A stretch of DNA of 23,940 bases, from NCBI GenBank assembly GCA_026026165.1, contig JAPEUD010000097.1:62001-85940 (forward strand), in the 5' to 3' direction. Positions within the stretch are counted from its first letter, which is position 1; each line of letters opens with the position of its first letter. Below are positions 8,954 through 19,528 of this stretch, piece after piece. The notes below the pieces were generated by a model. It had not been told where the DNA came from. It was given only the letters and a program-made list of their open reading frames with translations, and did no database searches. Origin of the DNA: Sarea resinae (Eukaryota). A program made the position numbers and the translations under genes.

Positions 8954-10877
8954 TCACTTCAACACGCGACCCAGCACCCCACCTAGAACGCCCCTGACCT
9001 GCGCGGGGTCCTCGCCAGCAACAGCCAACACGACGGCGCAGCTGAGCGCAAAGGCGACCTGCTCGCGCCACAGTTTTGCGCGCGGGTAATGCCGCGGGAA
9101 CAGCGTGGCCAGCGCGCGCGGGGCGACGAAGAAGGCGATTTCCTGCCTGCGCTTGGGCGCTTCGAGCAGGATGGATGCGCCGCAGGTGACACAGCCTGCG
9201 GCGACGCATAAGCCGGAGTCGAGCTTCTGATGGATGTCGTTAGTGGTGGTTGCTGACTTGTGGAGACGGAGGTGTTTCGAAAGAAGGACCGGACCGATGC
9301 GCGTGCGCGCCAGACAGACGCTATAGTAAAACGCGCTGATGAAGGCGCCCAAGAAGGCGGAAGAGCGGGCGGCGGACCCGAGGGCTTTACGCAGGGCCTT
9401 GAGGGACGGAGAGCGCGATTTCATGAGCAGGTTCAGGGGCAAGTAGGTGAGGAGGGCGAACTTGAACGCGCCGATGAAACGCAGCAGCGCGTGTTTCTCG
9501 CACGAGGGCCCCGTGCCCATGTGCACCATTTCGCAGGGAATTGGCACCGTGAGTGCGGGATCGCCCCATGCCGGCGGCCAGGAGTAGTCGGCGCACATGG
9601 ATTGTAGGAGGTGGGCTTCGCCGGTGTCGTACCCATAGAGCCAGGTGCCGGCATGAGCGTGGCGGAGGGCCGTGATTAGCCGCGGGTCGACGGCGGCGGC
9701 GGTGCTGATCCAGTGGTTGTAGGTGGAGGGCAGCCGCGAGGGGTGGTAGAACCAGGAGTACATGATTGTGCCGGAGCTTATAGCAAAGATTAGGGAGTCG
9801 GGGAGGTTGGAGAACGCTGAAGTACGTGGAGGACTGGGGTCGGTAGTGGGAGAGGCGAATTTGTATTGCTTCCAGGCTGAGCGGACGAGGACATCAATGG
9901 CGCGCGTGACGGCAAATAAGGTGAGATCTATCGTTTTACCTGCGAGAGGAGGCGCGTCTGTCTCGACCTCTACCATCTTATGATTACTCGCTGTATCGTC
10001 GACGTGAGTAGCTATAGATGTAGAGGTATCGCATCTTTTCTCATTCCTTGTATGTCGACGATCTTGATTGCGGTTCAGCAGCCAAAAACTAAACCACGAG
10101 GAAATAAAAGCCGAGATGAGCCGCGCAAGTCTAATCCAATTCTTACGGTCGACAGCTAGACCTGTTCCTTTTAAACGCCCCAAGAACAGAGAAAGTAAGA
10201 AGCGGACAGGAGCTTGTAAGATGGTTGATCCACCAATCAACGCTCCACAGAAGGCCGGAAATCGATGAATCGATAGTGCTCCAATTAAAATGCGGCGAAT
10301 CTACGCGTGGAGTTAGTAAAAGAAGTATCTTTTGATTAAAGCTGATCGGTGTAGACAGTTCAAAAACAAGAGATGTGATGAAATGCTTATTAATTTACGT
10401 CGGCGCGCTCAACACATGCTATGAGCTCGCGCTTCCCCACCAAAACGAAATCAAAGCTAATATCATCGATATCAAGATATCAATGTGGGTAATGCGTGTC
10501 GAGGTACCGATGTAATATCATCCGCGGTATGGAATGGTTAGACAAACGGGGGCTGCAGGCTGTTTGGGGAATATCGAAAGGGATAGACAATGATGGAAAG
10601 CATGATGGGATGACGCCAATAATGGCTAGGTGGACCTACAGATGCATAGACATCTTGCCGCCTCCCTTTTCGGAATTGGGAGATGACTAGAGTCACTATC
10701 TTTGGAGTGACAGTCGACAAGTAGGCCAGAGCGTATGCCCTGATAAGCCTGCAGAATCCTTGCGTTAGGAACGAGTGGAAAGCGGCAAAGAGGTCTGCCA
10801 TCCATGCCATTGACTTACGGTTTCAGGATCTCAGGCGCAATTACAGTCGTCGTCAGAGCATGCTTGCGTGATGCCAT
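8954..10877 (-). CDS. TMEM135-like (Tim17/PMP24 superfamily) integral membrane protein, 3 exons
   Basis: Exons 10877-10819, 10748-10640, 10300-8954 join in phase. Motifs PLIRAYALAY, HRFPAFCGALIGGST, GKTIDLTLFAVTRAID, IMYSWFYHPSRLPSTYNHWI, PIPCEMVH, RSSAFLGAFISAFYYSVCLARTR, RRQEIAFFVAPRAL match the fungal TMEM135-type family as recalled. Confidence 0.85.
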
Positions 10878-11850
10878 GGTCCCGATATAAAACGCCGTTT
10901 TCCCCCTCCATGTACTTCCTAATTAGGCTAACGATTGTGACCTACGTCTTGACGTATTACTGTCTTCTTGATATCTGCAAAATCCTCAGAAAACCCGTCA
11001 AATGACCTGGGAGTCCACCGCATGGGGTCTATCAAGGAAGCTTTTCACTCGGATGCCTATATCCGATGTTCCTATTACAGAGTGAGTAGTGTGATCCATT
11101 GAGCGCGAAGCACGAATGCAAGCAATCAGGTAGCAAGGCCATAGCAAATGGCTAGGCTCCATGAAGTTTACGACCATAGGCTCGACGATGCTGAAGCTGC
11201 GGCAGGGAAAAGCTTCTCGTCTGTGACGCAGCAGGACATGGAAAACAGAAGGCCAATGTTCGACCGCTCGAAGAGGTCGACAAATACATAATCGACATCT
11301 CGAATCTTCCTCAATGCATTGATTGCGGGGGAATCAGTGAGAGCATGGCCAAGGAACAAGGAAGCGGGAACAATGAACTGCCTAATACGGCGAAAGAGAG
11401 CAACACGCGACTCACGCGAATCTGTCGACACAGGCACGCAGGCACACCGGCACACAGACACACCAACCGTAGACCCCCGGCTGCACCAAGAAGAGACGAG
11501 AGCAGAAAAGAAGAGAAGCGCGAAAGGGGTCAGGAAGGTTCCCGCTCACCTGCGATCTGGCATTAAGGGCAAGGCACAAAAGGACATCCAGGACAGCAAG
11601 AAATGGCCATGGACGGTTCTCTGGTTCTATTCTTGGTGGTTGGCTTTCAATTGAGGCATCCTCTAGAGTAGAGTACTTCAGTAGACGACGACGGGGTAGC
11701 GTCCCCGAGGGTATCTTCAAAGTCGTTTGACCCACGCTCTGGCGGCAGAGATACTTGGAGACTACCTGCGGCCACCGAGCACGCTTCCTTCCAGTGTTGT
11801 CAATCGTCCTGGCCATCGTCCTGCCCTGGACTTGACGAGGAATGCGAGCA

Positions 11851-11861
11851 TTCACATGTGA
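11851..11861. promoter_or_regulatory. E-box palindrome TCACATGTGA containing the UAS-INO/ICRE core TTCACATG
   Basis: TTCACATGTGA at 11851-11861, about 580 nt upstream of the bHLH ATG, in the divergent intergenic region. Confidence 0.4.
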
Positions 11862-11886
11862 TCGGTCGGTGGCTGCGTCCTGCCCA

Positions 11887-11925
11887 CTGCCTACTACTTA
11901 CTGCCTACTGCCTACTGCCTACTGC
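11887..11925. repeat. 7-bp tandem repeat (CTGCCTA)~5.5
   Basis: CTGCCTA CTACTTA CTGCCTA CTGCCTA CTGCCTA CTGC read directly from the sequence. Confidence 0.85.
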
Positions 11926-12372
11926 GCACTCTCCATGCACTTGCCGTGCGGTGTGATCAGTGATTGCACCGTGTTTGCCAGGGTCAAGGAAGCCGCATTG
12001 CTCTCCGTGGAGTCGCAACTGTTGCAGAAGACGAAGGAAGAGAACGGAACGAGGAAAAAAGAAAGAAGAGGAACGGCGACAGAAAAGTGCCGCCTGAGGT
12101 TCTCGGGCGCAGCCTCTCATCAGATCGACTTCCCTTCATCTCACTTCTTCCACCTCTCTCCCACCACGCTTGCGCCCCAGACTGATCTCGACGCCGTTCA
12201 ACGGTTGGGAGGCACTGGGACCATGCAGACGTGGATTTCCACACGGACTGCCGCTGTGACTGTGTTGGCCACGAAGTCTTGACCTCGACATCGCTCCTCG
12301 AGTGCACCAAATACCCCAGCCATCATCTCATCTTCTCTCTCTTACGCCCAGGAACGACCGACGCCCATCGCC

Positions 12373-12402
12373 ATGGTAGATCGATTGCGACGGATCGCAT
12401 AA
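12373..12402 (+). other. Candidate uORF (9 aa, MVDRLRRIA*) upstream of the bHLH gene
   Basis: Strong GCCATGG context; stops 38 nt before the main ATG at 12441. Transcription start is unknown. Confidence 0.4.
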
Positions 12403-12440
12403 ATCATTCGTCGGAGTCTTGGCTCCGAATTCGGCGAGAC

Positions 12441-13851
12441 ATGACCTCTTCGAGGTCGCCACAGTCCCAGATGCCCTTCGGTTGTATGTGACGTCTATCC
12501 AAGATATTCGATTCATGCCGTTGTTCAAATATCATGCTGATACGTCCCAGATGATTTCCAGGAGCACTCGGACTTCCCGTACCCTTCGCCACCCGTCCCC
12601 GCGCCAGGGCCCGCACTGTTGGACGACCATGAGTCGCACATGCTCGACAGCTTCTTCGATACCTTAGGATCGGCGGGTCTTGATGCGGACGACTCTTTCT
12701 TCGACAAGCAGATACAGAACAAGAATCATGGCGATCTCGACCTCTCGTGGCCGGAAGAGCTCCCTCCCCAGTTTCATGGAACAGCTACCTCTCTGTCCCA
12801 TCCATCTCTGATTGCGAACGCCTCCCCTTATACCTCTCATGCCGGACAGCTGAACAACCTGGGTTTCGGTCAAGACACGCAGGCGAACGCCACTTCCGCT
12901 GACGTGCTAGCTGCGGCTTCGACCCTCTTTCATAATGGTCAGGCCGCACGGCTGGGCCATATCTCCGACGAGTACATTTATCCGTCTCGCGAGACTGGCA
13001 ACAACTCTCACGACATACCCAGCAGCGGGCCCTCGTCCGGCCGTCAATCAATCGGGCCTTATACGGCCCAGACGATCCCACTTGGGCTTATTCCGGACCA
13101 CAGTCCCCCAATACCTCAACAACATATCTATCAGGACCGCAGAATTGGATTAGGCACCGTTCGATGGGGATCGGACGCTAGTTTTCTTGATCATGGATTC
13201 GTGGCACCGCCAAATCAGGAGACGGAAGAAGAAGTCACCAAGGAACTCATGCATCAAATGGAGTGTCTAGAACCACAAACTAGCGCCAACACTACTGCTC
13301 CTGCGAGTCCGACTCTAGAACGTCAGCGGCTTCGCCGGAAATCTACAGCCGATGTGGTTCCTCTCGCGGCGAGCAACGGAGCGGATGAGCTCGTAGGCCA
13401 GAGCATAGAATCAAGACCGAAGAAACGAAGGAAAAGCAAGCTCAAGCATGAAGAGAGCGACCCATTGGAATCAAATGGAAATGCGGCACCGCCGAAAGGC
13501 AGAAAAGGCAAAACAACCCCAGCCTTCAAGAACGGGCAAGCCGGAAAACCGGCGACGCCGGAAGCCTCCCAACGGCAAGACTCTCCCCCGTCTGGTGGAC
13601 AGAAGAACAACCGCGAGAACCTCACCGACGAGCAAAAGCGCTCGAACCATATTCTGTCCGAGCAAAAGAGACGCAATTTGATCAAACAGGGTTTTGATGA
13701 CCTCTGCGAGCTGGTACCTGAACTCAGGGGAGGAGGGTTCAGCAAGAGCGCCATGTTAGTCGAAGCGGCGGACTGGTTAGAGGACATGTTGAAGGGGAAC
13801 GAAATCTTGCGAACCCAATTAGCGTCATTGCAAGAGAGAGACTATGGATGA
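12441..13851 (+). CDS. bHLH transcription factor, Ino2/Yas-like (447 aa, 2 exons)
   Basis: Exon 12441-12483, intron 12484-12550 (GTATGT...GCTGAT..CAG), exon 12551-13851. C-terminal bHLH ENLTDEQKRSNHILSEQKRRNLIKQGFDDLCELVPELRGGGFSKSAMLVEAADWL; internal RWGSDASF block; NLS-like PKKRRK. The bHLH call is firm; the Ino2/Yas subfamily is inferred. Confidence 0.9.
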
Positions 13852-14305
13852 GAGAGTTTAACCCTCGTGAATGGCATTTAGGGGCTTTGCATAATCAGGA
13901 TGTTTCGGTACACAAGCTTTACAGGGCTAACCATAGTCCCACAGGGAATTGGAGTTCTTTGGATGGCAGGGTGCTAGGAGCGAGCGTCGGGACTAAGGGC
14001 TGGCATGTCGCTATGGGACGGAGGGCGGACCTACGTAGGATGATGATACAGGCAATGGAGCAACCAATTTCCAGTGTAGCTTTTAGCACTCAGACCATGA
14101 CTTTCCAATTGCTACGAAACATCAAGTTTCTGTCGGGCACTGATTCGTCCACTGATGGCAGGTTGCCTCCTATCGCAGGAACAGAGATTCGAGACGTAGG
14201 AAATAGCATCTATCCAACGTAAACACGGGGGCTGGTCGGTGGGCATGGATCCAATGGAACCGGGCTGGAAACCCATTTATCGGATAATCATTATTCCAGG
14301 CAGCA

Positions 14306-14327
14306 ACGCGACTCCACTCCCGCCGCG
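14306..14327. promoter_or_regulatory. MCB-like boxes upstream of CENP-Q
   Basis: ACGCGA at 14306-14311 and CGCGT at 14323-14327, 130-150 nt upstream of ATG 14456. Confidence 0.35.
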
Positions 14328-14455
14328 TCCACCGTCCAAAACGCAAATTATCTGCCACTTCACGCAATGACAATGATGACAATCTATGATATCAGGCTTC
14401 TCAGATAATTATCCCTCAGTCGACTCTCATTCACCCGAATTCTACGTGTTACGAA

Positions 14456-15795
14456 ATGGAAACTGCCCCCCAAGTTCCGACAAAGAGACGGCGGGGACGG
14501 CCTTCCAAAGCCGAGACAGCGGCTCGTCGCGAGTCCACAACAATGCCAAATCAAGGGCCTGCTACGGTACCCATACCTCTATCCCATACTACCTATACAA
14601 CCAGATCTAACCCCCAGCTACCTGATACAGAGACCTCGAAGACATCGACCATCTTCAAAAAATGGGAGTCCTTCGGAGTCTACCGCTGCACAACAAAGTT
14701 CGCGTTCACTGAATGGCAAGAGGAAGAGAGGACGGCCGTCTCTCGCCGAACTGGCAACGCGACTTCCTGACAATGACACGTCATTACAAGCGACGGGCAC
14801 GCATTCGAAGCGCACGTCTCTTGGCGACGATAATGATGATGGTAAATTTTCGGAGTCACAGATCCTTCTTCTATATTATGCTAAGACCCGTCGAAGGCGA
14901 TAAGACGCGCAAGAAGTTTGCGACGCTCAAGCCGCGTACCCGCCACGTACCCTGGGAAACGGTCAGGACGCAATGGGAGCCTCTTTCGGACTCGGCGCAG
15001 GCTCACGTCCGAGAGCTTTTCAGAGCTGTCGAGAGGCCGGTGGTGACAGGCCATCTGGATGAAGGAAAAAGAGCCGAATCGCAAAGTGCGCTTTCATCGA
15101 TCTTGAGGAAATTGGAATCCAAACTCCCTAAGATGCCCTTCCCATTGAATACGAGGGATGTATATTTCGATTACGAAAAACTATTGGACAGCACCGTGAG
15201 TGTTCAACTCTGTATCATCCTTTACCCAACTGACGAAAGGTAGAGAGGCTTGGAGAGCCAATTGACGCCATCAATTCACTCCGTCGCTTTGTTGAGAGCC
15301 GAGATTGAGAGAGAAGAACGGGCTCTCGCCGATGAGAAGGAGCAGTTGGATGAACTAGAAACGAACGCCGCTGCATCTGAGACTCGTCATCGAAAGCAGG
15401 CAAAGAAGGTGCTGTGTGCCCCATTCTAGTCCGTTAATAGCACGCTCATACTTGAATAGCTCCACCCCCTCCTCCAAACACCTTTGCACGCCAAAGGACA
15501 CGAAGATAACGCCAAACTCGTCAGACTAATCAAACCAGATCCACTGGAACCGCGACTGGTCGACGTAAGCACCATTGCTCTCAGATGGGACCACGGCTAA
15601 TGTCTGTTTTAGGACCAAGATCCCGACCTGGAGCCGATTGTCCAACAATTGAGGAATCACCTCGACAGCATACAGAGCAACACTACCCAAATCAATGATC
15701 TCGGGAAGGCACTTCTGCGAACGCGCGTGGCCGTGGACAATGCACTCTACGAGAGATTGGAAAGCGAGCAGTATAACCAACTTGCTGGCGGATGA
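14456..15795 (+). CDS. Inner kinetochore subunit CENP-Q (Okp1/Fta7 family), 357 aa, 6 exons
   Basis: Exons 14456-14566, 14631-14841, 14897-15195, 15244-15408, 15460-15564, 15613-15795 join in frame. Motifs LKPRTRHVPWETVRTQWEPL, KLPKMPFP, FDYEKLLD, coiled coil LESQLTP..LLRAEIEREE, KKLHPLL, QLRNHLDSIQSN. Confidence 0.88.
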
Positions 15796-17051
15796 ATTCG
15801 CAGTCATTGGATGATTGCGATTTGTCTAGTGGGGAGGTGGGATTTGTGCGGCACAATGATAATATATGGGGATTTTGATAGGCGTTGAAGGAGTGGTCGG
15901 TCTGTTCCGAATTATGCTCTTAGCCTCGGGAGTTCTCGGTTGCGAGTACAGGCAGGAGAATAGTTGGAGGGAGGCGGGGGTTGGGAGAGGGGTGCCTCGG
16001 TCTGCCGGTTACACGGTCGCGGAGCCCTACCATAGCCCGGGTGTTGGATGGCAAGTCCAGAGGCATGGTTTCCCCAGATTGTGACCACGATATGCTGGAG
16101 CATCCACTGACAGGTCGCGCTCACTTGGTTGCGTGTGCCACCTACTCTGTACATGGCGGCACGATCCATTGCTTTTGGGAAGTGTTCGCGTCAACATGAT
16201 TTGATTTGAAAGATGGTACCTTTCGTGATACATGAGGTGAGCTACGAACACTCTACTTGGGGAAGATCTGCCCTTGACATCGGATACGAGGACCCCGCTA
16301 GATTGCACCCTTTAAATCAAAGGTAAGCCAGGAGACAGGAGAGAGGAGAAAGGAGAGGGGAGAAAGGGGCGTTCGTGATGGAGATGAAGCCGAAGATGCA
16401 TTCATTGTTGTTGATTGATGGGGCATCATCATCATCCATCGATGACCTGCACTCTCGATAGTTGCCTCGATTCACCAAGGTTCCCCGTAACATGCAATCC
16501 GTACCCTCCTCGCCTTCCAGCGACTCTACGCCCTTCTTCGACTAGCTTTCCCCAGATGATCCTTACTACTCCTCTACTAACTCTCTCGTGCGCGAAGCCG
16601 CAAAACCTTCCACGTACGAATACTTCCATTGCCTCCCTCCATGTACAAAGACCAAGATAATCGGTTCCTCTATGATCATCCAGTGGAGTACCGTACTCTA
16701 CCAGAAAGAACCCCTCCCTTCCTCATCTCAAAACCTCTTCTGCTCTCGTCGAGCGATTTGCGCCGCGCGACACCCGAGAGCCCGCGCCCATTGCACCACC
16801 AAGGTATCATCCGCGGTCTGATCGCATGAGTGTCCTGTCCCTTTTGCCTCCCTCGACTCTGTCGATTCATCTTCCGCACGCGTTGCTGTGCGTGCCACAA
16901 CGTCAGCGTCGCCTGCATCGCCTGCATCGCCTGCAAACCGCGTAACCTCCGCATATCATTAATAATCTGCAAAACACCCAGCGCGAACCGTTCTGTAAGA
17001 TTGCGATTCCACCGATCCGGTACCGATCAGTCTCCCGTACAGTAGCTGTTT

Positions 17052-19157
17052 ATGACCGAAGCTACACAAGCATCGGGCACACCGACTACCAATGGAGCTG
17101 CCGATGCGATGACTCCAAACGCCGGGGATCGCCCTGCGAGCTCCAATGGGCACGGCCCGCAGTCATCACCGGGAACTGGAGGAGGAGGGGGAGCAGATGG
17201 AGGAGCCGGAGGGGGAGGAGGAGGAGGAGGGAGTGGAGGAGCCAGAGTGGGAGCGGGAACCGGCGCAGGAGTAGAACGCTCCAGCAGGAGTCCGAAGAAG
17301 CGTCGTAAGGTCAATCATGGTACGGCCCCACGACTGTTACATCTTCACGCATGCAGAGTGGCCGTTGCTAACGCCCGAGTCGACAGCTTGTGTATATTGT
17401 CGACGCTCGGTGAGCCGCAGCCTTTTTCGATTCTCGGGAATCTGCTCGAATTCCCCCAAACTACCCACCCTCCCTACGCGAAGCATTGGCGGGCTTGGGC
17501 CCTATGCATACTTTTACTGACTCTTGAATTTCTGCTGGGACGACAGCACATGACTTGCGATCTGGTATGGACTCGAGTTCTCTCATGCCCCTCTGGACCC
17601 AGATCTGTAGCGGCGGGCTCTGGCTAACAGTACCTGTGTCCCTCACGTGCAGGAACGGCCATGTGCAAGATGCATCAAGCGGAACATTGGGCACTTGTGC
17701 CACGACGAGCCACGAGAAACCGCGAAGAAGGGAAAAGGCGAGCGCGAGGCGTCCGCGGGAGAAGACGACTCATCGAATAGACAGGAGAACTCTCCCACCA
17801 CGGCAATGCCCGCCGTTGTCGAACCCCCGTCTAATCCCCCACTTCTCCAAGCTCCTGGACTCAATCTCGCACCGTCGCTCCCTCCTTCAAGCTTGCCCGC
17901 TGAACAGCCTCAGATCGCTCCGTTAGCACCGGCGCCGGGGGTTCAGGCTCAAGCACTGCCCGGGAACAATCAGCAATGTTGGTTCCCTGGCCGCGAAATC
18001 GACGCTCTTCTCTGCTGATCATTTCTTAGTGCTGGGGTACAATGACTGGAACCTGGGGGCGCTGAACCACTTCCAGGATATGCACACCTTTGACCCGTCG
18101 TATATGTTCAACAATCCCGAGGTCACAAACGAATACAACCTTCTCGGCGATTTTCTCAGTACTAGCTTGTTGGACGACGGCGCGTTGTATAATCGAGACG
18201 ACGGCCAAGGTGTCTACTCTGGGCCAGCTCCACAACCAAACGCCATGGGTCCCGCCGGCTTAGGCAGCAATAATGCCAACTTTGCAAGTCAACAGCTTTT
18301 AGCACCTCCTCAGGTCCCAACGGCACAAGGAATCACGATGGCTGCAGGTGCTCCTTCGACCGACAAGGCTCGAGAGACGTATTACATGACCGCTGCAGAT
18401 CCTGCTGGAACAGACGCACCAGAAGAGCGAATGAATAAGCTCCTCAAGGCAAAGTATGATGCCGGCATGCTAAAGCCTTTCAACTACGTCAAGGGCTATG
18501 CGCGTCTAAATCAATACATGGACCAGAACATGAAACCCGTGTCGCGACAAAAGATTCTTCGGCAGCTGGATAAATTCAGGCCGAAGTTTCGAGAACGGAT
18601 GCAGTCGCTTACGGATATCGAGCTGGTCCTAGTAGAGATGTGGTTTGAGAGAAGCCTGATGGAGTACGATCGTGTCTTTGCCAGTATGGCCATTCCAGCC
18701 TGCTGCTGGAGAAGAACGGGAGAAATCTTTCGGGGTAATAAAGAGATGGCGGAGCTCATCCATGTGCCCATTGAAAAACTGCGGGATGTCAGTGTTTTGC
18801 CCAAAGATTCCCCAGTGTCAAATGCTGACGAAGAGAAATAGGGAAAGTTGGCGATTCACGAGATCATCGTAGAAGATCAACTCGTCAGCTATTGGGAGAA
18901 ATTCGGCGCCATCGCCTTTGAACACACGCAGAAGGCCATGCTGACAAGCTGCTCCTTGAAGAGTCCGGATGTCAATTCCAAAGACCCTGGTATCCATTGC
19001 TGTTTTTCATTCACGATTCGTCGAGATACCCATAACATGTAAGAGCCCCCGCCGGACATGCTCTGCTTACCAGACACGTTGAGATGGCTGATGGTGCAAT
19101 AACAGTCCATCGCTAATAGTCGGTAATTTCCTGCCGATGAATCCTCCAAAACGATGA
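17052..19157 (+). CDS. acuM: Zn(II)2Cys6 gluconeogenesis/alternative-oxidase regulator AcuM (Rds2/AOD-2 orthologue), 546 aa, 7 exons
   Basis: Exons 17052-17319, 17387-17409, 17547-17564, 17653-17977, 18030-18787, 18842-19038, 19106-19157. Zinc cluster SPKKRRKVNHACVYCRRSHMTCDLERPCARCIKRNIGHLCHDEPRE; C-terminal PAS-like region YYMTAADP, LKPFNYVKGYARL, IPACCWRRTGEIFRGNKEMA, CCFSFTIRRD..IPSLIVGNFLP. Confidence 0.93.
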
Positions 19158-19528
19158 CAATGACTGCTCCCGCGCCCGGGATATCATTTAGACCTCCTGT
19201 CATCCGCTCGACATGTTAGAGCACTGTAGTCTGCTGGGGCTGGCTAGGCGTTTAGTTCGCGAGGAGCATTGGCGGCATGGGAGGCATATTTGGGCCTGGG
19301 ATCGTTTTGAAGTTTCGTGGTTGCTGTAAATCGCAGCTACCCCTCAACCATCTAATCGTTCATTATGAAGTGATTCCACGAAGATGCTGATGCACAAGCT
19401 CTGTTCCTCTCTTCTCACTCGTGCACTTGACCCGGCGATCATGTGATTACCTGGACTCTGGAGCGTTCCAACCTCCACGGCTGTCCGCTCTTATCAATTC
19501 AATTGCCCGCTGCCCAGAAGGAGCTGAC

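Noticed and set aside
7583..9654. Several long antisense or alternative-frame ORFs over the GC-rich orphan and the TMEM135-like 3' half
   Set aside because: High GC and simple repeats deplete stop codons; these are shadows of the real genes.
11168..12310. Many 70-150 aa ORFs in the divergent TMEM135/bHLH intergenic region
   Set aside because: They overlap on both strands, show no family motifs or convincing splice structure, and fit promoter or leader DNA.
15960..16200. Possible structured ncRNA between CENP-Q and acuM (8-bp stem at 16135-16162, ACA triplet on the minus strand)
   Set aside because: No H box at the expected place and no RNase P/MRP, SRP or snRNA signature recognised. One short stem is expected by chance; an Rfam scan would settle it.
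17012..17025. CCG triplets just upstream of acuM as an autoregulatory AcuK/AcuM site
   Set aside because: The spacings do not match the established CCG-N7-CCG arrangement.
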